A stretch of DNA of 39,184 nt. Source: Nannocystis pusilla. Its GTDB lineage: Bacteria > Myxococcota_A > Polyangia > Nannocystales > Nannocystaceae. The notes beneath the pieces are model-generated. The model saw nothing but the letters and a program-made list of their open reading frames with translations, had not been told where the DNA came from and ran no database searches. How positions within the stretch are numbered: the stretch's first letter is position 1; each line of letters opens with the position of its first letter. Shown here piece after piece: positions 12,298-21,840 of this stretch. The stretch lies in assembly GCF_049337375.1 (NCBI RefSeq), contig NZ_JBMPIV010000015.1. One strand, given 5' to 3'. The position numbers and the translations under genes are program-made.

Positions 12298-12822
12298 ATG
12301 GCTCGCCTCCTTCGCGCCGCGCTCCTGCTCGCGCTCGCCGGCGGCTGCAAGCCGAACGGCGCGCTGGCCTCGGAGGTGGTCGACGTGACGCCGCCATCCG
12401 GCGAGGTCTATCCGGAGGGGGCCAGCGACTTCACCGGCGAGTGGGTCGGCGAGAGCGCGGGCATCTTCGGCACGCTGACGATCCAGCGGCTGGCGAGCGA
12501 TCGCTACTACGGCCGCTTCGTCAGCGAGGACGGGCTCATCCGCTTCGTCTGCAACCTGCGCCAGATCCGGGCCACGCCGCCCGAGGGCGGGGCGATGCTG
12601 CCGAGCAACCTGGTGACGTTCCACTGGCAGGACGGCCGCGGCGGTCGCGGCGGCGGCTATGTGCTGATCAACCGCGAGAGCTCCGCGCTGACCGGCGAGA
12701 TCCGCTACGGCGGGCTCGGTCCGCTGGACTTCGTCCGCACCGACGCGCCCGACATGGAGGCGCCGGCCGACGCCGAGACGGCCGAGGCGTTCGCCGACGA
12801 GCTCGACGAGCAGGCCGGCTGA
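12298..12822 (+). CDS. Lipoprotein (hypothetical)
   Basis: Internal ATG at about 12298 gives MARLLRAALLLALAGGC, a signal peptide with a Cys, followed by a globular-looking 150 aa. Confidence 0.5.
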   Translation: MARLLRAALLLALAGGCKPNGALASEVVDVTPPSGEVYPEGASDFTGEWVGESAGIFGTLTIQRLASDRYYGRFVSEDGLIRFVCNLRQIRATPPEGGAMLPSNLVTFHWQDGRGGRGGGYVLINRESSALTGEIRYGGLGPLDFVRTDAPDMEAPADAETAEAFADELDEQAG

Positions 12823-12875
12823 CAGAAGGCGCGGGCCGGGCGAGGCCCCGCGCCGGGGCGATCTCGGCGGCGCGG

Positions 12876-13190
12876 GCATGTGCTCGGGGACATGCTCTCT
12901 CGGGCATGTCCGCCGGACCATGCCCCATCAGGCATGTTCTTTGGAACATGCCCGAACAGGCAGGCAGGCCGGCGCGGGAGCAGGCGCCGCCGGGTGAAGC
13001 AGAGGTCCCAGCCGCGCTGCCCGGGCGTGGCCTTGCGGACATGCCTGAACGGCGGGCGGGAGCAGTCGAGCCGCGCTGCCGGTGGCGTGGTCCGGCGGAC
13101 ATGCTCGAACGGACAGGTCAGCCGGTGCGCGGGGTGGGGCGCGGGAGCAGGCGGCGCTGGGTGAAGCAGAGGCCCCAGCCGTGCGGCTCC
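12876..13190. repeat. Palindromic array B: six CATGs at an exact 14-bp register (12877..12953), then nested direct repeats of about 50-80 bp containing cggacatgcYYgaacgg
   Basis: catg-N10 repeated five times is seen directly. GGCATGTTC-tttg-GAACATGCC is a perfect inverted repeat. gggagcaggcgScgcYgggtgaagcagaggYcccagccg recurs about 165 bp apart. Confidence 0.65.
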
Positions 13191-14386
13191 TCGGGCGGGC
13201 GCGCGGGGCCGCTGACGAGGCGGGGGCCCTCGGCGCGGGCGGGCGGCGGGCGCTCGCCGCCGGCGTGGACGCGCACGAGGGCGATGTCGAGGTGGCCGCG
13301 GCCGTCCATGTCGAGCGGGAGCTCGGCGACGGTCTCGGCCTCGAGGGCGAGCGGGCCGCCGGGGGCCTCGACGGCCAGGCCGGTGCGAGCGGGCGCGCGG
13401 CCGGGGCGGCGCTCCTGCGTGACCCCGAGGTCGCGGATCGGGACGACGCCGCCGGGCCGCTGGACGAAGCCGCCGGACAGGCTGACCCACGGGAAGCGGG
13501 CGGTGTGCACCCACGTCCGCAGCGGGCCGAGCGTGGCGAAGCACTGCATGGCGGCGTCGCTGGCGCCCCAGTCGCGCACGCCCCAGTTGTGGACGCGCAG
13601 GGCGGCGCCGCCGAAGGCCCGCAGATCGCGGCCGAGGGTGATCGTGCCGTGTAGATCGCCGGCCTGGACGTAGCCGCGGAGCGGGTGGCGGCGCACCGCG
13701 CGGAGCAGGCGAGTGTCCCAGGCGGCGGCGCCGAGCTGGCGCGCGAGCAGGTCGGGGTCGTCGTCGGTGCCGGGGACGAACGGCAAGAGGCCGGCGAGGA
13801 AGGTGAGGTCGAGGCGGGCCTCGATCGACTCGGCGGGGGCGTCGCCGGCGGGGCGCAGCGGTCGGCCGCGCGGGTCGTGCACGTGCAGGGCGCCGCGGTA
13901 ACGCAGGGTCCAGGTGCGCAGCGGCTCGACGCAGTCGAAGCTGAGGCCGCCGACCGACCAGCCGCGCTCGCCGTCGCCGCGCAGCAGCGCCTGGCCGCCG
14001 GGGAGGCAGTAGATCGCGGTGGGCGTGAAGAGGGTGAGCCAGACGCGGTGCGCGTCGCGGCCGGGCAACCACTCGAGCCGCGCGAGCACGGCGAGCTCGG
14101 GCTGCACGCCGACGAACACGAAGTCCTCGGCGAAGTGCGGCCGGCCGTCCCAGGCGTGGCGGGCCTCGTCCTGCGGGCGCGGCCACTCGGCGGCAGGTCG
14201 TCGCAGTACGGCCCAGCGCGCGATCGCGGCCTTGACCCCGCGGCGCAAGAGCCCCGAGAGGCCGGGATCGGCGATGTCGGCGCCCAGCTCGAGGCCGGGG
14301 TCGTCGCTCGGCTCGGCGAGCCCGACGTGCGGGCGCAGCGGCCGGGGCCCGCGCGGGTCTTCGGAGTGGGAGTCGCGTCCGGACAT
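13118..14386 (-). CDS. Hypothetical protein
   Basis: 422-aa ORF with balanced, non-low-complexity composition, unlike the overlapping 12705..14414 and 12928..14886 frames. The 3' end runs into repeat array B. Confidence 0.45.
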   Translation of the reverse strand: MSGRDSHSEDPRGPRPLRPHVGLAEPSDDPGLELGADIADPGLSGLLRRGVKAAIARWAVLRRPAAEWPRPQDEARHAWDGRPHFAEDFVFVGVQPELAVLARLEWLPGRDAHRVWLTLFTPTAIYCLPGGQALLRGDGERGWSVGGLSFDCVEPLRTWTLRYRGALHVHDPRGRPLRPAGDAPAESIEARLDLTFLAGLLPFVPGTDDDPDLLARQLGAAAWDTRLLRAVRRHPLRGYVQAGDLHGTITLGRDLRAFGGAALRVHNWGVRDWGASDAAMQCFATLGPLRTWVHTARFPWVSLSGGFVQRPGGVVPIRDLGVTQERRPGRAPARTGLAVEAPGGPLALEAETVAELPLDMDGRGHLDIALVRVHAGGERPPPARAEGPRLVSGPARPPEEPHGWGLCFTQRRLLPRPTPRTG

Positions 14387-14578
14387 CGGCCTCGGAAGGC
14401 GGCCAGCGTATCATCCGCGCGCCAAAACGGCCACCGGCGCGAGCGGTCCGCGAGCGAGCGATCGAAGGGCGCGCGCGGCCCGGGCCCGCGCCGCGCGAGG
14501 GGCCGGGGCCGGCAGGCGAGCGGCCGCCCTTGTGCCGGCGGGCCGCCGCGTGATACCGAAGTCGCTGGAGGTCCCTCT

Positions 14579-15367
14579 GTGCCCCGTTTCGCCGCCTGCG
14601 CCCTGACCGTCGTCCTGACCGCCGCCTCCGCCCTCGCGCCGGCGTGCAACGCCACGCCCGCGGTCGATCCCGCCGAGCAGGCGGCCCAGATGAAGAAGGA
14701 CCTCGCCAACGCCGCCGCGCGCGTCAACGACGAGAAGTGGCAGGAGGCCGAGAACATGCTGAAGCGCGTGCTCGAGGTCGAGCCGAACAACCCGGAGGCG
14801 CAGGCGCTGCAGGCGAAGGTGCGGCTGTACGGCGACAAGGACCCGGCCAAGGCGATCGAGCTGATCGACAAGGCGATCGCCGCCAAGGGCGACGTGGCCG
14901 ACTACCACGCGACCCGCGCCGCGGCGCTCGAGAAGAGCGACAAGGACGCCGACGCGGCCGCGTCGTGGGGCAAGGCGGCGCAGCTCGACCCCGACAACGG
15001 CAACTACGGGCTCCACCAGGGCCAGGCGCTGCGCCGCGCGAAGCAGCTCGAGCAGGCCGAGGCGGTGTTCCGCGAGGTCATCAAGAACGACGAGGCGGTC
15101 AAGTTCGTGTACAGCGAGCTCGGCGACGTGCTGCGCGAGCAGGGCAAGCTCGACGAGGCGCTCACGACGTATGCCAAGGCGATGATCAAGTACCAGGGCG
15201 ACAAGACGGCCCACGCCGGCGCCGCCCAGGTCTACGAGGCGAAGGGCGAGACGCAGAAGGCGATCGACGAGTGGTCGACGTACATCCGCATGGACTGCTG
15301 CTCGGACTTCAGCAACAACGTGGCGAAGAAGCGGATCGCCGAGCTGCAGCAGGGCCGCGCGGGCTGA
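14579..15367 (+). CDS. TPR-repeat lipoprotein
   Basis: GTG at about 14579 with GGAGG 7 bp upstream. Signal and lipobox VVLTAASALAPAC, then TPR-like repeats (EAQALQAKVRLYGDKDPAKAIELIDKAIA...). Confidence 0.7.
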   Translation: MPRFAACALTVVLTAASALAPACNATPAVDPAEQAAQMKKDLANAAARVNDEKWQEAENMLKRVLEVEPNNPEAQALQAKVRLYGDKDPAKAIELIDKAIAAKGDVADYHATRAAALEKSDKDADAAASWGKAAQLDPDNGNYGLHQGQALRRAKQLEQAEAVFREVIKNDEAVKFVYSELGDVLREQGKLDEALTTYAKAMIKYQGDKTAHAGAAQVYEAKGETQKAIDEWSTYIRMDCCSDFSNNVAKKRIAELQQGRAG

Positions 15368-15520
15368 GCTGTCCGAACGGGCAGGTGCGGCGCGGCGCGT
15401 GCCTGCGGGCCGACTGGCTGTCCTCGCGGACAGGTGAACAGGGCCGCTTCTTGGCTGTCCGTCCGGACAGGTGCGGAGCAGCTGTCCTCGGGGGCAGGCC
15501 TGGCTGTCCTCGCGGACAGC
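15366..15520. repeat. Palindromic array C: five copies of gCTGTCC-N4-GGACAGGtg at spacings 48/37/28/22 bp
   Basis: ctgtcctcgcggacagg and ctgtccgtccggacagg are seen directly. The array lies between convergent gene ends. Confidence 0.65.
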
Positions 15521-15527
15521 CCGCCTC

Positions 15528-16643
15528 TCACGGCGCGAGGCTGGGGCCGGCGATGGCGGCCAGGCTCTCGCGCAGGTAGCGGACCGCGAGCGCGACGGTC
15601 TGCTTGCCGCCGTCGCGGGCGAGGGGCGGGGCGACCTCGACGACGTCGGCGGCGCACAGGCCGATCTCACGGCCGAGAGCGCGGATCAGCTCGACCACGA
15701 ATTCGGGCTCCAGGCCGTCGGGCTCGGGCGTGCCGGCGGCGTCGGCCCAGTGCGAGTCGGTGCCGTCGATGTCGTTGGAGAAGTAGACCGAGGTGACGCC
15801 GAGGCCCTTGAGGTGGGCGACGATGGCGGCGATCGTGCCGGCGGGGTCGGCCTTGACCTCCTCGGCCCAGAACTGGCGCACGCCGAGGCCCTGCTCCCAG
15901 TGGCCGCGGTCGTGTCGCGAGGCGCGCACGCCGACCTGCACGAGCCGGCCGTCGCGGCCGAGCAGCTCGTTGGCGTGGTAGGACCAGGTGGCGAAGCAGA
16001 TCTTGATGCCGAGCCGCTCCGCCAGGAGATCGGTGTGGGCGTCGGGCTGGACGATCGCCCAGCGATCGCGGCGGTGCTTCGCCAGGTTGGCGGCCACGGG
16101 CCAGGCGTTGGAGTGGTCGCCGCCGAGGACGACCGGGACGATGGCGGGGTTGAGCTGGTAGACGAGGTCGAGCGCGCGCTCGGCGATCGACAGCGGCGAG
16201 ACCGGCAAGGTCGCGGCTGTCTCTTCAGGCAGGTGACCGTAGAGCGCGCGCCGGCTGGCGGCGAGCTGGCCTGCGCTCAACATGTCGTCGTGGAGCAGCT
16301 GCGGGATGACGAACACGTCGCCGATGTCGAGCACGCCGGCGGCGGCGGCCCGCGCCGGCCAGTCGGCGTCGCTGGCGAGGAGGCCGGTGCGGATCGCCTG
16401 CGGCCCGACGTTCGCGCCGCGCAGGAAGCCGGCGCCGACGTCGGAGGGACAGCCGAGGATGACGACGCGCGCGTCGGCGATCGCGGCGAGGTTGCGGCGA
16501 AACGCCGCGTCGACGCCGGCCTCGTCGTCGGCGCCGTAGATCCGGCGCTGCATCGCCAGCTGCTCGGCGCGCCCGGTCGAGACGAGGAAGAGCCCGCCGC
16601 CTGCCGGACGCAGCAGGGCCGCGAGTTCGTCGAGTGGGGTCAT
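15528..16643 (-). CDS. Arginase/agmatinase/formiminoglutamase-family ureohydrolase
   Basis: Mn-binding motifs GGDHS, DAHTD and SNDIDGTD. Confidence 0.8.
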   Translation of the reverse strand: MTPLDELAALLRPAGGGLFLVSTGRAEQLAMQRRIYGADDEAGVDAAFRRNLAAIADARVVILGCPSDVGAGFLRGANVGPQAIRTGLLASDADWPARAAAAGVLDIGDVFVIPQLLHDDMLSAGQLAASRRALYGHLPEETAATLPVSPLSIAERALDLVYQLNPAIVPVVLGGDHSNAWPVAANLAKHRRDRWAIVQPDAHTDLLAERLGIKICFATWSYHANELLGRDGRLVQVGVRASRHDRGHWEQGLGVRQFWAEEVKADPAGTIAAIVAHLKGLGVTSVYFSNDIDGTDSHWADAAGTPEPDGLEPEFVVELIRALGREIGLCAADVVEVAPPLARDGGKQTVALAVRYLRESLAAIAGPSLAP

Positions 16644-16926
16644 GCGTCAAGGCTAAGCCCGCGCGCGGCGAAACGCGAGAGCACCCGCGCCCGCGCGCGA
16701 GGGGCGGCGCCGGCTCGGTTCGCTGGCAGGCCGCCTCATGACTCGGCGGTCGATCGCGGAGCGCCGCCGGTGACCTTCGTCTCGCGCCTCGAGCGAGCCT
16801 CGCCGAGGGCGTCGGTGCTGGTGCTGTCGCGAGGGACGCAGGGACGCGGCGGCCCGGGTGCGGACGTGCGCGATCGAGGTCTGCGCTCGGTGAGCCGAGA
16901 CCAGGAGCTTTCCTTCAGTGAGATGA

Positions 16927-16945
16927 GATGTCCTTGAGGACATGT
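16927..16945. promoter_or_regulatory. Single ATGTCC-TTGA-GGACAT palindrome in a divergent promoter region (candidate operator)
   Basis: gATGTCCttgaGGACATg has the same architecture as the array units. It lies about 115 bp upstream of the GlxA-type regulator start and about 285 bp upstream of the ureohydrolase start. Confidence 0.3.
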
Positions 16946-17059
16946 GCGTCCGCCATGGCGCTCGATGGCTCGAGCTGGGCGCATCGGTGGCGAGAAGTGA
17001 GCACTTGTTGGCGTTTTCGCCACTTGCCCGGGCGCGGCGAAGAGTGCGAGCGTGGGAGC

Positions 17060-18031
17060 ATGACCTTGCGTCCGCACGTGGTCGCGGTGTTGGCCTTGCC
17101 GGGGGTGGTCGCGTTCGACCTGACGATGCCGTGCGAGGTGTTCGGGCGCGCCGAGGTGCCCGGAGGCGCGCGGCCGTACGAGGTGCGCGTGTGCGGCGAG
17201 ACCCGGAGCGTCGACGCGGGGGCGTTTCAGCTGGCGCTGCGCTGGGGCCTGGCCGATCTGGCGCGGGCGCACACCGTGATCGTGCCGGGCGTGATGGACC
17301 CGACGCGGCCGTTCTCGCCGGCGGTGCTCGAGGCGCTGCGGGCGGCGGCGCGGCGGCGGGCGCGGATCGCATCGATCTGCAGCGGCGCGTTCGTGCTGGC
17401 GGAGGCCGGGCTGCTCGACGGCCTGCGGGTGACGACGCACTGGGTCGCCGCCGGCTTGCTCGCCCGGCGCTACCCGACGCTCACCGTCGATCCGAACGTG
17501 CTGTTCGTCGACAACGGGCGGATCTTGACCTCGGCGGGCGGGGCCGCGGGGATGGACCTGTGCCTGCACATGCTGCGCAGCGATCACGGCGCCGCGGTGG
17601 CCGCTCACGCCTCGCGGCTCGCGGTCGTCCCGCTCGAGCGCAGCGGCGGCCAGGCGCAGTACATCGTCCACGAGCCGCCGACGTCGACCAGCAGCCTGGC
17701 GCCGCTGCTCGACTGGATGAACCGGCACCTGCGCGACGAGCTGACGCTGCCGACGCTGGCCCGGCGGGCCCGGATGAGCACGCGGACCCTCAGCCGGCGG
17801 TTCCGCGAGCAGACCGGGACGACGCCGCTGAAGTGGGTGCTCACCGCCCGGATCGCCCGTGCCCAGCAGCTGCTCGAGTCGACCTCGCTGTCGCTCGAGG
17901 AGATCGCCGGCGACGTCGGCTTCGCGGCCGCGTCGACGCTGCGCAACCGCTTCGCGCAGGTGATGGGCACGTCGCCGATGACGTACCGCAAGCTGTTCCG
18001 CCGCGAGGGCGAGGCGCGGGCGCAGCACTGA
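17060..18031 (+). CDS. GlxA-family (DJ-1/PfpI domain plus AraC-type HTH) transcriptional regulator
   Basis: ATG at 17060 with GGGAG Shine-Dalgarno. N-terminal DJ-1/PfpI-like region with conserved ICSGAFVLAEAGLL. C-terminal AraC HTH (TLPTLARRARMSTRTLSRRFREQTGTTPLKW). Confidence 0.8.
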   Translation: MTLRPHVVAVLALPGVVAFDLTMPCEVFGRAEVPGGARPYEVRVCGETRSVDAGAFQLALRWGLADLARAHTVIVPGVMDPTRPFSPAVLEALRAAARRRARIASICSGAFVLAEAGLLDGLRVTTHWVAAGLLARRYPTLTVDPNVLFVDNGRILTSAGGAAGMDLCLHMLRSDHGAAVAAHASRLAVVPLERSGGQAQYIVHEPPTSTSSLAPLLDWMNRHLRDELTLPTLARRARMSTRTLSRRFREQTGTTPLKWVLTARIARAQQLLESTSLSLEEIAGDVGFAAASTLRNRFAQVMGTSPMTYRKLFRREGEARAQH

Positions 18032-18063
18032 GCTGCCGGCGACGGCCCCGCCTCGGCCGCGCG

Positions 18064-18150
18064 CGGACATGTCCTGAGGGTCAGTCGACTCAGGGCTGGC
18101 CTTGCGAACATGTCCCGGGTGCCAGCGCCCACAGGCTGGCCCGAGGGACA
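18064..18150. repeat. Palindromic array D: about 7 units at a roughly 14-bp register with partly mutated CATG cores
   Basis: ggacatgtcc occurs twice and gaacatgtccc once. Intervening cores are degenerate (cagt/ctgg/cagc/tggc). The array lies between convergent gene ends. Confidence 0.6.
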
Positions 18151-18166
18151 TGTCCCCGACGCCAGC

Positions 18167-19639
18167 TCAGAAGTTCACGTCGAGGTACAGGTTCGTCAGG
18201 AAGATGTTCTGCTTGTAGATGCCGTCGGCGCTGGCGGCCTTCGTCGGGGCCTGGAACTTGTTGAGGACGCTCCGGCCCTTGGTGTCGACCTTGAGGTAGG
18301 CGATGTCGGTGAAGGTCAAGCCGAGGTGGAGGCGCTGGTGCAGGCGGAAGCGGCCGCCCAGCGAGAAGGTCATCTTGTTGGAGTCGAGCAGGGCGGGCTC
18401 GATGGTCTGGACCGGGACGGCGGTCGAGTCGAAGCCGAGGCCGGCGTACAGCTCGACGGCCTCGATCACCCAGTAGCTGGCGCCGAAGCGGACGCCGCCG
18501 GCCGGCTTCCAGAAGCGCGGGATGTTCTGGGTGACGTTCTTGACGTTGTCGTCCGGGCCGTCGCCGCCGTACGACGCGGGGTCGGTGAGGGCGGTGTCGG
18601 CGTTGGCGAAGTCGCACTGGCGATCGGCCTTGGTGGCGTCGAGGACGCACTGCTTGTCCATCACCTTCCAGTTGGTGAAGTCGCCGAACAGGCGCAGCTC
18701 GAGCTTGGGCACCGGGCGGACGCGGAAGCCGAAGCGGACGATGTCGGGCAGGCGCTGCTGCAGCTCGATCGGCGCCGGGGCCCCCACGGCGGCGGTGCCG
18801 AACGCGTTGCTGAGTTCGCCCTTCAGCGTCATGTTGCCGGTGATGTTGGGCCGGCTGGTGTACGAGGCGCCGATCCACAGCTTGTCGCGCCAGTTCCAGA
18901 TCGCGCCGATGCCGAAGCTGCCCTGCCAGCCCGAGGCCTTGAGCCAGCTGCGGCCCTCCTTGAGGGTGCCGTCGGAGCCCACGAGGTCGTCGGTGCCGTC
19001 GGCGTTGCGGGCCCGGATGGTGTCGATCTCGCTGCGGATGGCGCTGCCCGACAGGCCGATCGAGAGGCCGATCTTGGCGATGTTGAAGGCGACGGCGCCG
19101 GTGATGTACATCGACCGCAACTTGCCGTCGATGGTGTGCCAGCGCTGCACGCCGTCGACCGCGCCCGGGTAGTCCTGGCTGCCGCGGTACTTCTCGTTGG
19201 GCTTCCACGTCGACTGGCCGCCGAACGGGAAGTACACCGCGGCGCCGGCCGAGAAGAACTTGGTGCCGAAGTCCGAGCTGGCGCCGGCGAACGGACCGGC
19301 GATGAAGTTGGACAGCTTGGCGACGCCGGCGTTGGCGTCGGTGGCCCCCTCGGGGGTTCCGGTCGCGCTGCTGATCGCGGACTCCGGGCGGTCGTAGCTG
19401 ACCCATCGGGCCGCGAAGCTGCCGTCGACGAAGATCCGCGAGCCGGGCTTCAGCGCGATACCCGCGGGGTTGTAGTAGATCGCGGTCGGGTTGTCGGTGG
19501 TCACGTGGCCGTGCTCGCCGCCGAATCGCGCGGTGCTGAGGCCGGACGCCCGGGCCTCGTTCGCGCCGACGAGCGCGGCGGTCAACAGGCCACAGGCGAA
19601 GAGGGTGCGCGAGCGAGACGCATGACGAGCGAGCGACAT
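18167..19639 (-). CDS. FadL/TodX-family outer-membrane hydrophobic-compound transporter
   Basis: Signal peptide. NPAGIA (FadL hatch NPA motif). Alternating beta-strand pattern. C-terminal Phe. Confidence 0.7.
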   Translation of the reverse strand: MSLARHASRSRTLFACGLLTAALVGANEARASGLSTARFGGEHGHVTTDNPTAIYYNPAGIALKPGSRIFVDGSFAARWVSYDRPESAISSATGTPEGATDANAGVAKLSNFIAGPFAGASSDFGTKFFSAGAAVYFPFGGQSTWKPNEKYRGSQDYPGAVDGVQRWHTIDGKLRSMYITGAVAFNIAKIGLSIGLSGSAIRSEIDTIRARNADGTDDLVGSDGTLKEGRSWLKASGWQGSFGIGAIWNWRDKLWIGASYTSRPNITGNMTLKGELSNAFGTAAVGAPAPIELQQRLPDIVRFGFRVRPVPKLELRLFGDFTNWKVMDKQCVLDATKADRQCDFANADTALTDPASYGGDGPDDNVKNVTQNIPRFWKPAGGVRFGASYWVIEAVELYAGLGFDSTAVPVQTIEPALLDSNKMTFSLGGRFRLHQRLHLGLTFTDIAYLKVDTKGRSVLNKFQAPTKAASADGIYKQNIFLTNLYLDVNF

Positions 19640-19708
19640 GAAGGTGACCTCGTACGGCGACAAACCGGCGCCACTTTACACCGAGGTCACTGCTTTACGG
19701 CGGACAAA

Positions 19709-20404
19709 ATGCACGGCAGAGTGATGCGCAGGATGTCCCGATCGTTTTCTGTGCCCTGTCCTCGGGCCGGCGCCTCGCTGCTCGGACTGTCCTTGCTGAT
19801 CCCGCTGCTGGCGGGCTGTCCCGACTCCGAGGCCAAGTTCGAAGAGTTCCTCGACAACACCAAGGACGATCGCGACTTCATGCCGCCGCCGCCTCCGGAC
19901 GTGATGCCCGCGGAGGCCGACATCAGCGGCGACTTCCTGCTGGCAGTGTCGACGGTCATCTCTCCCGACCTGCCGCTGCAGTTCATCGCCACCAACACGC
20001 TGACCACCGACGAGATGGGCAACACGCTCCTCGCGGCCTGCCTGCAGCCGCTGAGCCTCATGCAGGGCAAGGTCAACGCGCCGCGCGAGCCGATCGGCGA
20101 CCCGCTGTGCTACTCGGACATCCCCGTCGCCGACGGCAAGTTCGACATCGACGCCGGCCTGGTGAAGGTGACCGGCGCGGCCAATCCGGTGACCGGCGCC
20201 GACATCGAGGCGACGCTGAGGATGGTCGCCACCATCATCGACGAGGAGTTCTTCTGCGGTGATATCGAGGGCGATCTGTCTGTGCCCTTCGCGCTCGACC
20301 TGAAAGGCTCGACCTTCGCGGCGGTGCGCCTCGAAGATCCCGCGATGCTGCCGCTCGACGTGACAAAGAACTGCAAGCGCGACTCGGTCCGCGACAAGGA
20401 GTGA
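19709..20404 (+). CDS. Lipoprotein (hypothetical)
   Basis: ATG at 19709 (alternatives 19724 and 19733). Lipobox LIPLLAGC. About 225 aa. Confidence 0.5.
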   Translation: MHGRVMRRMSRSFSVPCPRAGASLLGLSLLIPLLAGCPDSEAKFEEFLDNTKDDRDFMPPPPPDVMPAEADISGDFLLAVSTVISPDLPLQFIATNTLTTDEMGNTLLAACLQPLSLMQGKVNAPREPIGDPLCYSDIPVADGKFDIDAGLVKVTGAANPVTGADIEATLRMVATIIDEEFFCGDIEGDLSVPFALDLKGSTFAAVRLEDPAMLPLDVTKNCKRDSVRDKE

Positions 20405-20492
20405 GCGCGAAGCCGCGCGAAAATCACGCAAGCGCACGCGGGAGGGGACTGGTTTTTCGCGGGGCCGGGCCCGATCATCGCGTCCCCCCACG

Positions 20493-21824
20493 ATGACGAC
20501 GACGGTCTCGCCCCCCACACCCGCCGGGCAGTGGTCCAAGGTCCGCAACGAGCTGCAACAGCTCTGGCACAGCGAGCTGCGCGACTCCAACATCCGCACC
20601 GCGTACGTCGTTTGCGGGATGACGGGGACGGCCTACGGGATGGTGACCGCAGTCGTCGCGGTCTACCTGAACAAGGTCCGCGGGATCGACGAGCTCACGA
20701 TCGGCGAGCTGGCGATCTTCTTCTCGCTCGGCATCGCGGCGTTCAGCGTGCCGATGGGGCTGCTGATCAAGAAGCTGTCGCCGCGGACGATGCTGGCGGC
20801 CGCGCTGTTGGTGTACGCGGGGGCGACGGCCATCTTCCCGTTCCTGCTCAGCTTCGGCGGGCTGGCGACGGCGCGCGGGATCGACGGCGCGTTCTCGGTC
20901 GGCGTGTGGGTCAGCCTCGAGACGATCCTGCTGATGCGCACGACGACGGCGCACCGCGGGCTCATCACCAGCCTCTACACCATCTCGATGGCCACCGGTT
21001 ACGGCATCGGGGCGGTGTTCGGCTGGGCGGTGATGCTGCTCTACCCGATGCAGATGGTGTTCGTGGCCGCGGGGCTGTTCGCGTCGCTGGCAGCGCTCAT
21101 CGCCTACGTGTTCCTCGACCGCGACATCCAGCCGATCGCCGGCAGCGATCACGCCGGCGATCACGGCCACGAGGCCGGTGCGCAGCCCGTCAAGCCGGCG
21201 GGGGACGACGCCCGGCCGCCGATCCTCTCGCTGTATTGGAAGATCAAGACGGCCTGCATCCCGACGTTCTGCTACGGCTACTTCCAGGCGTCGCTGGTGC
21301 TGTTCCTGCCCCTGTTCCTCATCGCGGTGCGGAAGGTGCCCAAAGAGGACACGAGCCTGCTGGTGGCGAGCTTCTCGATCGGCATGGCCGCCAGCGTGGT
21401 GTTCGTCGGCCGCCTCGGCGATCGCTACGGCCACCTCAAGACGGTGCGCTCCCTGGTGGCGCTCGGAGTGGTGCTGACGGCGTCGCTGGTCTACCTGCCC
21501 GCGTTCTGGATGGTCGCCGTCGCGGTGCTGTTCGCCGGCGCTTCGCTGGCGCCGATCTGGCCGATGAGCCTGGCGCTGCAGAGCCTCATCGTCGACCCGC
21601 GCGACTTCAGCCGCAGCAACGCGCTGCTGAACGGCTCGTACGGGCTCGGCACGCTCGCGGGGCCGCTGGTGTCGGGCTTCCTGTTCAAGCACTACGGCGG
21701 CGAGACGATGTTCCTCCACATCGCGGTGCTGTGGGCGCTGGCGCTCCTGGCCACGCTGGCGTTCCGCCGCGACGATCCGAGCTTCCGCGCGATCGCCCAC
21801 GCCCGCGCGCGCGCGGCGGTGTGA
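20493..21824 (+). CDS. MFS transporter
   Basis: Twelve predicted TM segments in a 6+6 MFS-like arrangement with a central hydrophilic loop. Confidence 0.8.
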   Translation: MTTTVSPPTPAGQWSKVRNELQQLWHSELRDSNIRTAYVVCGMTGTAYGMVTAVVAVYLNKVRGIDELTIGELAIFFSLGIAAFSVPMGLLIKKLSPRTMLAAALLVYAGATAIFPFLLSFGGLATARGIDGAFSVGVWVSLETILLMRTTTAHRGLITSLYTISMATGYGIGAVFGWAVMLLYPMQMVFVAAGLFASLAALIAYVFLDRDIQPIAGSDHAGDHGHEAGAQPVKPAGDDARPPILSLYWKIKTACIPTFCYGYFQASLVLFLPLFLIAVRKVPKEDTSLLVASFSIGMAASVVFVGRLGDRYGHLKTVRSLVALGVVLTASLVYLPAFWMVAVAVLFAGASLAPIWPMSLALQSLIVDPRDFSRSNALLNGSYGLGTLAGPLVSGFLFKHYGGETMFLHIAVLWALALLATLAFRRDDPSFRAIAHARARAAV

Positions 21825-21840
21825 GGCTATCCTCGCGGGC

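Noticed and set aside
12705-14886. Overlapping minus-strand ORFs 12705..14414 and 12928..14886, and plus-strand ORF 11451..13673
   Set aside because: Products are extreme Arg/Pro/Ala low-complexity and span the palindromic/direct repeat array. Only the 13118..14386 frame has ordinary composition.
18064-18150. GGACATGTCC resembles a eukaryotic p53 half-site (RRRCWWGYYY)
   Set aside because: Coincidental in a bacterial genome. It is noted only to avoid misannotation by motif scanners.
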